Assembly (NCBI GenBank): GCA_029762535.1 | Contig: JARVGK010000007.1 | Span: 1 to 64,000 of the forward strand | Direction of reading: 5' to 3' | Length of the DNA stretch: 64,000 bases | Source of the DNA: Thermoplasmatota archaeon | Lineage (GTDB): Archaea > Thermoplasmatota > Penumbrarchaeia > Penumbrarchaeales > Penumbrarchaeaceae | Shown: positions 44,733 through 55,201 of the stretch, piece by piece | Layout of the letters: every line of letters starts with the position of its first letter | Position numbering within the stretch: the first letter of the stretch is position 1 | Notes under the pieces: model-generated | The model's input: only the letters and a program-made list of their open reading frames with translations | Told to the model about the DNA's origin: nothing | Database searches by the model: none | Made by a program: the position numbers and the translations under genes

Positions 44733-45248
44733 TCATCTTCTTAGGATATAGGCCAGCGATGCCAGGGCAGCGAGGACAGCTATAGCCAATATCGTTACGG
44801 AACCGCATACGCTTCCTGCATCGATGTCCTGGTCATCCATGATCGTTTCAAGGAGGTCCATCTCCACTTGGACATTGACCGTTTCCTCTTCATCCTCGTT
44901 CAGGACCAGCACGTATCTCATTTCGGTCGCGTCATCTCCATAATCATACTTCACGGTCTTTGAGGTCACTCCCTCGAACTTCTGTTCGTATGAGGAGAAG
45001 TCCCCGCTCATTCCGGCGGTCATGAACTGGGTCTGTGTCATAATGTATATGGTCACGGGTCCGTCGCTTGAAAAAATCAGGTTATAGCTTCCTTTCGAGG
45101 TCATCGGGATCGGCATCCCATCGTAGTCTCCAGGCCCCAGATCGAAATCGCCGGTGGGATTTACGGCAAGGACCATAAGCGGCCCGGCCGCCAATGCGCA
45201 TATCAGGAACATTGCCGATATTAGAAATAGATATTTTTGCATATTCAC
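44733..45248 (-). CDS. Hypothetical exported protein with C-terminal TM anchor
   Basis: N-terminal hydrophobic signal; C-terminal TM ending in LRR. Confidence 0.7.
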   Translation of the reverse strand: MNMQKYLFLISAMFLICALAAGPLMVLAVNPTGDFDLGPGDYDGMPIPMTSKGSYNLIFSSDGPVTIYIMTQTQFMTAGMSGDFSSYEQKFEGVTSKTVKYDYGDDATEMRYVLVLNEDEEETVNVQVEMDLLETIMDDQDIDAGSVCGSVTILAIAVLAALASLAYILRR

Positions 45249-45401
45249 ACCCCGGGGATAATATGGTCAAGTTATAATATAAATCTTTCTTGATCTCGAG
45301 GGGCAGGGGGATCCCTTCGCCCCCCATTATTATCTTGGTACATTTTTGGATGTAGCTAACCTGCGAAGGGCTTATCTCATATTCCAACGATAAGGGGATC
45401 G

Positions 45402-47012
45402 ATGTCCATATTCCTCAAGCCCGAACATCAAGGGTCGGAAGAGGAGATGATGAAGGACCCCGTCTGGAACGGGGTCCCACCTGTAGGTAAGAATCCGATC
45501 GGGAGCCGATCCCGCCTCCTGATGCTCGTCCTTGCGGTGTTCATGGTCAAGATAACGATCTGGACCGTCTATCGCTGGATGACCGGGAACGTTTACCCGC
45601 TGACCGATCCCAGGGTCGAGGACTGGGTCAGCCTCTTTGCCAAACCCCTTCTACAGCTGGGGCCGGTCTTCATATTATGGTGGGTCCTCTTCAAGGAGAA
45701 GGGATCCCCCTTCAGGCTGACCAAGGTCAATCTGTTCTCATCCCTGATATGGGGGTTGATCGGAGGCGTTCTGTTCTATATGGTCGCCTCCCTCATTTAC
45801 GTAGGGCAGATGAACTTCTTCGGCTTCGGAAGGGACTTCCATGTTGTCGCAGGATGGATGCTCAGGGACGTGGGTTGGTTCGGGGTGATCTCGCTTCTAT
45901 TCACATACATGCTCTCGACCGGCCCCGCCGAGGAGCTGTTCTCGCGGGGTTTCATACAGGACCAGACCGCCAGGGGCTTCTCGCTCTCTACATCGATCAT
46001 CATATCCGCATTCCTGTTCGCCATAGGTCATCTTCCCATATCCATAATGGTCCACAGGCTCTCCGCCACGGAGATCTTCTGGTACATGTGCGCCCTGATG
46101 CTCATGGGGATGTTCTTCTCCATCATCTATCAGATGTCCCGCAACATCGTGCTTGTGATCATCATACACGGGCTCTGGAACTGGTTCCTTACGCTCTTCG
46201 CTGTCAGGGGGGCCTACGACGCATCGTTCCTTGCGAACGCGGGGGCGAACTTCGGAAGGGCGGACCTTATCAACACATTCCTGACCATATCGATCATGCT
46301 GCCTTTCTTCTATGCGTTGTACAGGATCTTCTGGAGAAAGCTGCGCTCCGGGGACAGGCCGGGGATCGAGGAGGCGCTGAGGGACATCCCAATAGTTAGG
46401 ATGATAAGGGAGAGGGACAGGGGCGATTGGCCGAAAAGGCCCTGGATAATGACCGTCACCATCACGACCGTCTTCTGCCTTTCCATGATCCCGATCGCCG
46501 CTGTTGTGGGAACCTACGATCCCTCCCTTGCATATGATAGGGTGACCCCTGAGAGCATGGATCCCATGGAGGTCCATAATGTATCCTCCGTCTTCAGCGA
46601 GAACTTCCTTCAGGAGGGGGATATGTTCTTATTCGATCTGGAGAGGAACATCACGATATACATGGTCAACGTGACCCTCAAGTGGACCGACGAGCCTCCC
46701 GCGGGTCCAAGATATACCAATCTGGCGGATCATTTCAGGGTGGCCATTCTAGGTTCGGCCAGCGGAGAGCTGGATTCGGCCTCGGGATCGAGCGGGTTCA
46801 TAGAGCTTCACTGGTCCACGGACCCTGAGATGGCCCTGGACGATATCACTGTCTCTGTGGAAATGATCGAAGCGGGCGATCAGGAGCCGATGGTCTCCCT
46901 CATCGGCCTGCGTACGGTAAGTGACGACGGCAACTCGTTCCGGTTGGACGTATCATATCACACCGTCACATACCTACCAAGGACCGAAGAGAGCGGTGAC
47001 GTGAGATGGTAA
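45402..47012 (+). CDS. CPBP (Abi/CAAX-type) intramembrane metalloprotease with C-terminal soluble domain
   Basis: GPAEELFSRG, FAIGH and HGLWN motifs in a polytopic region. Confidence 0.88.
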   Translation: MSIFLKPEHQGSEEEMMKDPVWNGVPPVGKNPIGSRSRLLMLVLAVFMVKITIWTVYRWMTGNVYPLTDPRVEDWVSLFAKPLLQLGPVFILWWVLFKEKGSPFRLTKVNLFSSLIWGLIGGVLFYMVASLIYVGQMNFFGFGRDFHVVAGWMLRDVGWFGVISLLFTYMLSTGPAEELFSRGFIQDQTARGFSLSTSIIISAFLFAIGHLPISIMVHRLSATEIFWYMCALMLMGMFFSIIYQMSRNIVLVIIIHGLWNWFLTLFAVRGAYDASFLANAGANFGRADLINTFLTISIMLPFFYALYRIFWRKLRSGDRPGIEEALRDIPIVRMIRERDRGDWPKRPWIMTVTITTVFCLSMIPIAAVVGTYDPSLAYDRVTPESMDPMEVHNVSSVFSENFLQEGDMFLFDLERNITIYMVNVTLKWTDEPPAGPRYTNLADHFRVAILGSASGELDSASGSSGFIELHWSTDPEMALDDITVSVEMIEAGDQEPMVSLIGLRTVSDDGNSFRLDVSYHTVTYLPRTEESGDVRW

Positions 47013-47052
47013 AATAAAAAAGAACGGGGCCCCGGACCAACCGGAGACCCCC
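47011..47052 (-). terminator. Hairpin plus U-tract terminator
   Basis: Minus strand GGGGTCTCCGG-TTGGT-CCGGGGCCCC followed by a T-rich tract. Confidence 0.6.
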
Positions 47053-47088
47053 ATCGCCATGCTGAAGATGTTCCTCTTCTATCGGAAC

Positions 47089-48615
47089 TCAACGATCCTT
47101 GTCTATGTAGTACGTCTCGTAGAAATCGGCGTCGTGTGCATCCTTCTTGCCGATGCTCTCCCTGCGCCTCATCGCCATAAGCCCTCCTATGGACACGACC
47201 GCCACGACGACCACCAGAGCTACAGCGATGAAGAACACAATGCCAAGGACCATGACCCTGACGAAAGGCCTGTCCTGGTCCTGTTCATCAAGGGAGAGAA
47301 CTCCCACTTCATAACCGGGGTCGTGGTATATGCTGGACCCGCCGGGGTAGGAAAACCCACCTACAACGCCGAAACCGGCGTAAAGAGCGCCGTTAGCGTT
47401 GATCCCCGCGAAAGCCCTTGCGAAATAGACCTGGAAGTGCATATCCGTCTCGTTCCCATCCACCGTGACGTTGGAGACCCAGGTCAGACCGCCTATCCTG
47501 TCCCAGTTGTCCCGTATCCCAAGATGGTTCTTCTGGATGATACGGGGCCGCTCGATGCCCTGGTTCAGGACGGGATCATCGCCTGTTATGCGCTTGATGT
47601 TCTTCGGTCCAAGGTTCTCGTATCCTGCGTTGGTGATGTATGAGGCGGACCCGTCCGCCTCCCCGAATCGCTCCCAGTACTGGTTCCTGAGATGCTCGGT
47701 GGCCTTTGGCGATATCGCGGTCAAAAAGAGTATCTCCGTCGAGAGCATCAAAGATCGATTGATATTCCTGCTGTGGAAATCCCATCCCTCGATGTAGTGG
47801 TCGTACTTCACATCGGCCGAGACCCTGCTCCCGCTGTAGGTTCGGTTGCCTTCTTCGGAGACGTCGCCCATGGACCAGTCCCCATTGCTCCTGCTGACCT
47901 CCACGCGATATACCGGTACATCATCGACGGCAACGTTGTTCCTCTGCGCGTATAGATGGAAGGTCAGCTCCACCTTCTCGAGCTTGTTCTGCCTGTCAAC
48001 GGGGAGGCCCATAAGCGGCCCCTTGTAACCAAGGTCCTGCGCGGTGAGGGTCACTTCCCATTCCACGGAACCGTTCCCATTATCGGTCTTCTTCGTGTTC
48101 GAAGGGGTCCATCCAGTCCTCAGGGGCACCTTCTTGAATACCGGTTCAATGGTGTTTATATCGGAATCGTTCCCCTGATGACCCGAGGACCTTCTCGAGT
48201 CCCAGATCCCGTCCCCGTCCCTGTCATCGAACTCGTATATCGTATCGAATCGCTGGGCATAGAGGGTCTTCACCGGGATCGGCTTTCCAGATCGCAGCAG
48301 GTCCCCGTCCTCGTCATATATATCGGCGACCCCCAGGTACCTGGTGAAGATCGATATAACGTACACGTGGTTGGGGTTCTCCTCCGTTCCATAGAGAAGG
48401 CCTATCATGGCGTCGTTGTCCTCGTTGTGTATTCCGATGAAGTCCCCGCCGCCAAGGACGTTCTCGATCCTCTTCTCCGTCACTTTCAGCTCCGGGAACT
48501 CGGTCCCGGCCTCCGCCTCGGGTGCGCCTGATGCGAAGCTCATACCTCCTGTGAGGATTAGGATCGCGAGGGACACCGCGAGCGCCATTGTCGTTCCTGC
48601 TTTCATTTTCTTCAC
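47089..48615 (-). CDS. Hypothetical surface protein (signal peptide, Ca-binding-like DxDGDG loop, C-terminal TM)
   Basis: EFDDRDGDGIWD; HDP motif before the TM; basic residues after the TM. Confidence 0.75.
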   Translation of the reverse strand: MKKMKAGTTMALAVSLAILILTGGMSFASGAPEAEAGTEFPELKVTEKRIENVLGGGDFIGIHNEDNDAMIGLLYGTEENPNHVYVISIFTRYLGVADIYDEDGDLLRSGKPIPVKTLYAQRFDTIYEFDDRDGDGIWDSRRSSGHQGNDSDINTIEPVFKKVPLRTGWTPSNTKKTDNGNGSVEWEVTLTAQDLGYKGPLMGLPVDRQNKLEKVELTFHLYAQRNNVAVDDVPVYRVEVSRSNGDWSMGDVSEEGNRTYSGSRVSADVKYDHYIEGWDFHSRNINRSLMLSTEILFLTAISPKATEHLRNQYWERFGEADGSASYITNAGYENLGPKNIKRITGDDPVLNQGIERPRIIQKNHLGIRDNWDRIGGLTWVSNVTVDGNETDMHFQVYFARAFAGINANGALYAGFGVVGGFSYPGGSSIYHDPGYEVGVLSLDEQDQDRPFVRVMVLGIVFFIAVALVVVVAVVSIGGLMAMRRRESIGKKDAHDADFYETYYIDKDR

Positions 48616-48772
48616 CTCGAGGGCCCCTCTACGGGCCCATGACAGCCATATTCGCTTTTTTTAGGCATATAAGCAGCGCGTAATTGTCCCTACTTGTATC
48701 ATGTAGTGCTCGCGTAAGACCGAATGAAAGTGGGATGACAACTATTGAATAACACCGGATCGATGATGTATC

Positions 48773-51349
48773 ATGGAGGACCTGCCCAAGCTCACGATCG
48801 AGGAGAGGATCCTTCTTGTGCTCGCCGATAACCTTCGATACGACGAGGCCTTCGAGGTGCCTTCCAGCATGACCCAGGAAGGGCTATCGGAACTGATAGG
48901 AGCGAACAGGCCCAACACATCCAGATCGCTGGGATCATTGTTGAAGAAGAGGATGGTCAGAGAGAGGCTGGCCCATGTCAAGGGCCACAGGCGCAGGAAG
49001 AAGGCCTACATGGCCATGGGCGAGGGGATCGATGAGGGGCATAGGGTTAGAGAGAACGTGTCCCGACTGAGTATCGGCGGGACCCCGGTATCTGAGATCG
49101 CTGAACGGACGGGAAGGAACGTTTCCGAAACGTTCCTATACCTCTCGAAAGGCGGGGGCCAGGGGCCTGATCCCGTTGGAACCTTTCCACGAAAGGACAG
49201 GGGATTCTTCGGTCGAAGAGAAGAGGCGATCTCCATCCAGAGATGGGCGAAGGACCCTGATAGCAACGTTCTCGTAATTTGGGGCTTGGCGGGCATCGGC
49301 AAGACCGCCTTGGTCAAAAAGGCGCTGTCCCGGCTAAGATTCGATATCGTATCGGTCCCGGTCGCGTCCACAGCCGAAGGGATACTGCATCAGATAGAGA
49401 TCGCCCTGTCGACCGATCTTCCCAGAAAGAGAGGACCTGCAGAAATTGCCGAAAGGATCTTAAAAGCGATCTCGGGAAAGGAGATACTTGTCCTCGATGA
49501 CCTTCAAAATTCCGATGCCGCTTTCCTGAGAGTGATGTCCCATGTGGCGGTCAGCCCGTATAAGTTCAAGATGGTCATGATCACCAGGACCAAGGGCTCC
49601 TTCTACACCCCGAAACACGTCCTGGAAGGCAGGATCGCTGAGATGGAGATCCAGGGCTTGAAAAAGGATGATGCACTTGATCTGCTCCGCTCCAGGGGCT
49701 TGGACCCCGAGGTCTCGAAGGATATGTTCGAAAGGTTCGGAGGGCATCCTCTCGCTCTGATGCTCGTATCGGAGAATGAGGGACTCAAGGCCTATTCCGA
49801 CATATCAGATATGATAGAAAAGGAGGTGATCTCCTCCCTCTCTGAGGAGGAGCTTTCGCTTTTGAGGGCGATATGCGTTCACCGATCCCCTCTTAACGAC
49901 ATCATGGGGCTCATAAGGGCAGGGGACCTTTCCCCATCCGCTCTCAGGACACTGTTGGAAAATGGCCTGCTGGAGACCCAGGGAGAAACGGTCAGCGTCC
50001 ATTCCCTTATCAAGAACGTCGTGGGCGAGGGAATGGGACCGGACCATTGGAAACGCTTCAACTCGATCGCCTCGGACCTATACCTTCGAAGCATCGATAG
50101 ATACCCCTCTTACATAGAAGCGATGTACCACCTGAGCCAGTCGGATAGAAAATCCGAATTCGTGGAATTGTTGAGGGATCGGGGTTCCAGGGCTCTGGAC
50201 GCGGGTTTCCTGGAGCTCTTATTGGTCCTGGATGATGTCAACCCCGCCTCCTTCGATGATACAGGGAGGGGATACATACACGCTTTGAAGGGAGAGGGTT
50301 TGGGCCTTCTCGGGGACCTCGAAAAGGCCAGGCATGAAATGGAGCTTGCCATATCCGCCGGTTCCAAGGACCCTTCCCTTGAAGCGTTCATACTTGAGAG
50401 GTTGGGAAACACACTCAGGATGTCCGGTGATGAGAGAGGGGCTATCGGTTACCTCGAGCGGGCGGAGAGGGCCCTCTTCCGGATGGCAGAAAAGAGTTCG
50501 ATGGACATATCAAGACATATCTCGGCGCTCAACGGCCTGGGTCTATCATATCGGGCCGTGGGTGAGAAAAGATCGGGCATCGATATTTTTCGCCGCTCGA
50601 TAGAGATCGCCTCGGCATGCGATCCTTTCGGTTCCAAACCCGCACTCTACCTGAACCTCGGCAGGTCCCTGATGGAGGACGGTGAGAGGTCCAAGGCCTT
50701 GATCGAGCTTGAAAAAGGTTTGGGATCCGCCCGGGATCTGGGGGACGAACATACCGCTTCCCTCATACTGGGAACCATGGGAGAGATAGAGGCGGCACAG
50801 GGGAGGCAGCAGGAGGCGATGGAGCTCTTCCAGAAGGCGCTGTCCACAACGCCAGACCCGTTCGAACTCGAGGACATGGCATCATCTTATCTCAGCCGGT
50901 CCGCCAAGGAGAAGGACGGAATGGACATGCTGAAGAGGATCGGTTCTCTCCTGAGCGTTAGGCGTTCCTCAGAGGATGCCGACCTGTCGCGTTTGTATTC
51001 CATGATCTGCAGGGTCGGCGGGGAGAGGGGGATCGCGATCCCCTCGGGCATACATGAAAAGGCCTACGATATGTTCATTGACAGAGGTATGCGTCCAGAG
51101 GCATACAAAGCCCTGAACAATCTTGGGGTCACCCTTTCAAGGTCCGGCGAACATGCCAGGGCCGTGGATACGTTGATGATGACGCTGGAGCTTGCACAGG
51201 AGGCGCGATCGAGGATAATGACCCTTTACAACCTCTCCAGGGCCCTGAAAAGGCTTAACAGGAACGCAGAGGCATCGTCCAGGATGCTCGAAGCCAAGAG
51301 GCTCGCGGAACAGGCCAGGCAGACGGACCTTATGGAATTGTTAGAATGA
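48773..51349 (+). CDS. wHTH - STAND-type NTPase - TPR transcriptional regulator
   Basis: MTQEGLSELIG..SRSL wHTH; FFGRREE; GLAGIGKT; LVLDDLQ; ITR; GGHPLAL; TPR-like ALNNLG helices. Confidence 0.85.
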   Translation: MEDLPKLTIEERILLVLADNLRYDEAFEVPSSMTQEGLSELIGANRPNTSRSLGSLLKKRMVRERLAHVKGHRRRKKAYMAMGEGIDEGHRVRENVSRLSIGGTPVSEIAERTGRNVSETFLYLSKGGGQGPDPVGTFPRKDRGFFGRREEAISIQRWAKDPDSNVLVIWGLAGIGKTALVKKALSRLRFDIVSVPVASTAEGILHQIEIALSTDLPRKRGPAEIAERILKAISGKEILVLDDLQNSDAAFLRVMSHVAVSPYKFKMVMITRTKGSFYTPKHVLEGRIAEMEIQGLKKDDALDLLRSRGLDPEVSKDMFERFGGHPLALMLVSENEGLKAYSDISDMIEKEVISSLSEEELSLLRAICVHRSPLNDIMGLIRAGDLSPSALRTLLENGLLETQGETVSVHSLIKNVVGEGMGPDHWKRFNSIASDLYLRSIDRYPSYIEAMYHLSQSDRKSEFVELLRDRGSRALDAGFLELLLVLDDVNPASFDDTGRGYIHALKGEGLGLLGDLEKARHEMELAISAGSKDPSLEAFILERLGNTLRMSGDERGAIGYLERAERALFRMAEKSSMDISRHISALNGLGLSYRAVGEKRSGIDIFRRSIEIASACDPFGSKPALYLNLGRSLMEDGERSKALIELEKGLGSARDLGDEHTASLILGTMGEIEAAQGRQQEAMELFQKALSTTPDPFELEDMASSYLSRSAKEKDGMDMLKRIGSLLSVRRSSEDADLSRLYSMICRVGGERGIAIPSGIHEKAYDMFIDRGMRPEAYKALNNLGVTLSRSGEHARAVDTLMMTLELAQEARSRIMTLYNLSRALKRLNRNAEASSRMLEAKRLAEQARQTDLMELLE

Positions 51350-51370
51350 TCGGCATAAAAAATATATATT

Positions 51371-51407
51371 CTATATATGAATATATAGCCTATATCCTCT
51401 AATATAG
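51371..51407. promoter_or_regulatory. Tandem 18-bp palindromes CTATAT-N6-ATATAG upstream of pstS (candidate PHO operator)
   Basis: CTATATATGAATATATAG (51371-51388) and CTATATCCTCTAATATAG (51390-51407); TATA-like TATATATA at about 51425. Confidence 0.65.
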
Positions 51408-51463
51408 TTTACGTATGTAAATCATATATATACTATGCACTTTGTCTGCCTCGGTGGTAATTA

Positions 51464-52483
51464 GTGAAAGGTTATAGAAAATACATTACCGGGGGCATTG
51501 CCGTTTTCGCCGTGGCCTTGATGGCCATAGTGGCGGGATGCCTGGAAGGAAGCAGTGGAAAGGAAAACCTGATCCAGACGGGTTCGAGCACGGTATTGCC
51601 TCTGGCCACGAAGTGGGCTGAGGAATACGATGGGGCCAACATAGCGGTCTCGGGCGGCGGTTCAAGCCATGGTTTGAACGCCCTCCTGAACGGCGAGGCC
51701 GATCTCGGCGATGCCAGCCGTCTGATGAAGGGGAGCGATTACGAGAAGGTCGGCGGAAACGCCGGTGACGTCAACTCCGACGGGACCGCCAAGAAGGCCG
51801 CCCCTACCGGCGTATGGCCCTACAAATGGGTAGTCGCCTATGACGTTCTCGCTACCGTTGTGAACAATGACAACACATGGGCGACAGAGCTCACTTTCGA
51901 TCAGCTCTATCACATATTCACCACGGATAACACAGCGATATACTGGGACGATCCGATCCTCAACCTGACCGGAGCCCCGCACGAGAAGATCGAGATATAC
52001 GCTCCAGATGAGGCCTCGGGAACATACGACTACTTCTTCGAGTCCCTCATCTCCGATTGGGGCAAGGACACCAGGACGGTCAAGACCAGGCTCGAGGCTG
52101 GCGATGGGGTCTATCATCCCAGCGCCGATGACAACGTGATCATGAACGCTATAAAGGCGAACAAGAACGCGATCGGTTTCTTCGGGTTCGCATACCTCAT
52201 CGAGAACCCGAACGTCGTGAAGCCCGTCAAGATAGCGGAGACGGATACCTTCGTGGAGCCCTCCTTCGCCACAGTGAGCACCTATCCGATGGCCAGGCCT
52301 CTGTTCATCTACACGAACGGCATCCCCAAACAGGACAACGATAAGGGAAAGGCGATCTATGAGTACCTGGAGTTCATCCTTTCCGAGGAAGGCCAGAGAA
52401 TGGTACCCGAGGTAGGATACGTCAGGCTATCCCTTGTGGACCCCTCTCTCGCAGCGAACCAGCTGGCAGACCTGAAGGCTTGA
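51464..52483 (+). CDS. pstS: Phosphate ABC transporter substrate-binding lipoprotein
   Basis: Lipobox VAGC, GSSTVLP, GGGSSHG, ASR, SGTYDYF, YPMARPLFIY. Confidence 0.95.
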   Translation: MKGYRKYITGGIAVFAVALMAIVAGCLEGSSGKENLIQTGSSTVLPLATKWAEEYDGANIAVSGGGSSHGLNALLNGEADLGDASRLMKGSDYEKVGGNAGDVNSDGTAKKAAPTGVWPYKWVVAYDVLATVVNNDNTWATELTFDQLYHIFTTDNTAIYWDDPILNLTGAPHEKIEIYAPDEASGTYDYFFESLISDWGKDTRTVKTRLEAGDGVYHPSADDNVIMNAIKANKNAIGFFGFAYLIENPNVVKPVKIAETDTFVEPSFATVSTYPMARPLFIYTNGIPKQDNDKGKAIYEYLEFILSEEGQRMVPEVGYVRLSLVDPSLAANQLADLKA

Positions 52484-52484
52484 A

Positions 52485-54368
52485 GTGGTGAATATGGAGC
52501 CGTCGACGGAAAAGGGCGGGAACCCTTACAGAAAGAGGTTCCGCCCGGGGGAGGACCTCATATCATGGTTCCTCCTGGGGATGGCGAGCCTGGCGATCAT
52601 CGTCAGCCTGGCCATAATCTACACCCTCGTCGACGGCTCTTACGGTTTTTTTATAGACGCCCGTGTTGACATCATCGATTTCTTCACGGGAAAGAACTGG
52701 TCCCCGCACGGGGCAACCCCAAGCTTCGGCATGGGGCCGCTGATCCAGGGGACGGTGATGATCGCGGGTGGCGCACTTATCCTGGGAGGGCCTCTCGGCA
52801 TCATGGCGGCTTTATATCTTTCAGAGTTCGCCCATAACAGGATCAGGGCCGTGGCGAAACCGTTCCTGGAGATCCTTGCCGGGATCCCCTCGATCGTTTA
52901 TGGTTTCTTCGCCCTCCTGGTCATAAGCCAGGTGTTCAGGGATTACTTCGAAGCGGATTATTTCAACGCCGCGTCCGCGATAGTCGTGATGGCCGTCATG
53001 ATCCTGCCCATCGTCGTCAGCGTCTCCGATGACTCGATGAAGGCCGTACCCCGTGAGATGAGGGAAGCGAGCCTGGCAATGGGCGCCACGAAATGGGAGA
53101 CCGCCACGAAGGTGGTCATGCCCGCGGCATCATCGGGCATAATGGCCTCGGTACTCCTCGGACTCGCCAGGGCGATAGGCGAGACCATGGTCGTGGTCCT
53201 CGCGGCAGGAAGCATCGCGAAGTTCTCATGGTCAATATTCCACGAGCACATGACCATGACCGCCTACATCGCCCAGGTGGCAACGGGCGACATACCTCCC
53301 GGCATCGGGATCCAGGCGGCCTTCGCCGTCGGTCTTGTGCTCTTCGCCATCACTTTCTTGATCAACTGGCTGGCATCCAAGGTCGTGATCAGCATCAAGA
53401 AAGGCGGGTCCGGGGGCCTGAGGAGAAAAAAACTCGGCCTCCTCAGCAGCGCACTCCATCTACTTCCCAATCTGACCAACGATCTATTGGATAAGGTAAG
53501 ATCGGACAGGATGTCGAAGAACATGACGATGCGTTATGTCAAGGAGCGGGTCGGAAAGGTGGTCCTGGGATCCTCTCTCTTGGTCGCGCTTGTGTTTCTC
53601 GTATTCCTGCTCTATTCGATACTGGAGCAGGGGTTGTCAGGTCTTACCCCGCATTTCTTCACGAATTTCCCGAGCTCCGACCCCGCAAAGGCGGGGATAT
53701 GGCCCGTTATACAGGGATCGGTTTACCTCGTGCTTCTGACCATGCTCTTCGCGATGCCGGTGGGGATCGGGGCCGCGATATACCTAAACGAGTTCGCGAA
53801 GGAGAACTGGTTCAATTTGTTCCTGAGGAGGATCATCCAGAACCTCGCGGGGGTCCCGTCGATCGTCTTCGGGCTAGTGGGCCTCACCATCTTCGTCAGG
53901 TTCTTCAGTTTCGGGCTCAGCCTTCTGTCAGGAGCTCTGACCCTGGCCATAATGGTTCTGCCTATAGTGATCGTGACGTCCGAGGAGGCGCTCAGGTCAG
54001 TTCCCCAGACCTTCAGGGAAGCGGCAAGGGGTTTAGGCGCCACGAAGTGGCAGACTGTCTGGCATCACGTCCTTCCCAATGCGATCCCCGGCGTGCTCAC
54101 CGGGAGCATCCTGTCCCTCTCAAGAGCGCTGGGGGAGACCGCACCCATACTCTTTATCGCAAGTTTCTTCTCCAAGGTGGCGCCGAACTCCATCATGGAC
54201 GGTTTCTTGGCCCTTCCGATCACGATATTCTACTGGACCAAACATCCCAAGCAGGAGTTCCAGGACCTCGCAGCGACCACGATCATCGTCCTGTTGTTGA
54301 TACTCCTTACCATGAACGCGGTCGCCATATTCATCAGACAGAGATCACAATCCAAAAGGAAGTGGTAG
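52485..54368 (+). CDS. pstCA: Fused phosphate ABC permease PstC-PstA
   Basis: Two permease halves: LAGIPSIVYG..EASLAMGATKWE..RAIGET and LAGVPSIVFG..EAARGLGATKWQ..RALGET. Confidence 0.93.
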   Translation: MVNMEPSTEKGGNPYRKRFRPGEDLISWFLLGMASLAIIVSLAIIYTLVDGSYGFFIDARVDIIDFFTGKNWSPHGATPSFGMGPLIQGTVMIAGGALILGGPLGIMAALYLSEFAHNRIRAVAKPFLEILAGIPSIVYGFFALLVISQVFRDYFEADYFNAASAIVVMAVMILPIVVSVSDDSMKAVPREMREASLAMGATKWETATKVVMPAASSGIMASVLLGLARAIGETMVVVLAAGSIAKFSWSIFHEHMTMTAYIAQVATGDIPPGIGIQAAFAVGLVLFAITFLINWLASKVVISIKKGGSGGLRRKKLGLLSSALHLLPNLTNDLLDKVRSDRMSKNMTMRYVKERVGKVVLGSSLLVALVFLVFLLYSILEQGLSGLTPHFFTNFPSSDPAKAGIWPVIQGSVYLVLLTMLFAMPVGIGAAIYLNEFAKENWFNLFLRRIIQNLAGVPSIVFGLVGLTIFVRFFSFGLSLLSGALTLAIMVLPIVIVTSEEALRSVPQTFREAARGLGATKWQTVWHHVLPNAIPGVLTGSILSLSRALGETAPILFIASFFSKVAPNSIMDGFLALPITIFYWTKHPKQEFQDLAATTIIVLLLILLTMNAVAIFIRQRSQSKRKW

Positions 54369-54371
54369 GAC

Positions 54372-55193
54372 TTGTTCGCATTCCTGAATAAGAAAAAGAA
54401 AGAAGAATGTGTTTGCCCCATACCCGGGAAAGAAGCCAAGGAAGCCTACATCGATATGAAGGGCGTCAATATATTCTACGGGTCCAATCGCGCGGTCAAG
54501 GACGTTTCGATGAGGATCAAACACCGCAAGGTCACGGCATTCATCGGACCCTCAGGGTGCGGAAAGAGCACGCTTTTAAGGGCCTTGAACCGCATGAACG
54601 ATGAGATCGACGGATGCAAGATGACCGGTTCCATATTCATGAACGGAGTGGACATACTCGGAAAGAAGGTGGACCCGGTTTCCCTGAGGACCAACGTCGG
54701 CATGGTCTTCCAGAAGCCAAACCCGTTCCCCAAATCCATCTTCGACAACGTCGCCTACGGACCGCGGATCCACGGGATCAGGAAGAAGAGCACTCTCGAC
54801 TGCATAGTCGAGAAGAGCCTGAGGGACGCCGCCCTCTGGGAAGAGGTAGGGGATAGGCTCGCGGAGTCCGCAATAGGACTATCAGGCGGCCAGCAGCAGA
54901 GGCTGTGCATCGCCAGGGCTCTTGCCGTGAACCCCGAAATGATACTGATGGACGAGCCCTGCTCGGCTTTGGACCCCATCGCGACCTCGAAGATCGAGGA
55001 CCTTATTTTCGAGCTGAAGAAGAGCTATACTGTCGTGATAGTGACGCACAACATGCAGCAGGCCGCGAGGGTCAGCGACGACACCGGTTTCATGTACCTG
55101 GGGGAGCTCATAGAGTTCGGACCGACGAAACAGATCTTCCAGAGGCCGAAGCAGAAGCTGACTGAAAATTATATTACGGGAAGGTTCGGTTAG
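54372..55193 (+). CDS. pstB: Phosphate ABC transporter ATPase
   Basis: [42 protein letters not shown]. Confidence 0.97.
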   Translation: MFAFLNKKKKEECVCPIPGKEAKEAYIDMKGVNIFYGSNRAVKDVSMRIKHRKVTAFIGPSGCGKSTLLRALNRMNDEIDGCKMTGSIFMNGVDILGKKVDPVSLRTNVGMVFQKPNPFPKSIFDNVAYGPRIHGIRKKSTLDCIVEKSLRDAALWEEVGDRLAESAIGLSGGQQQRLCIARALAVNPEMILMDEPCSALDPIATSKIEDLIFELKKSYTVVIVTHNMQQAARVSDDTGFMYLGELIEFGPTKQIFQRPKQKLTENYITGRFG

Positions 55194-55201
55194 GTGATGT
55201 C

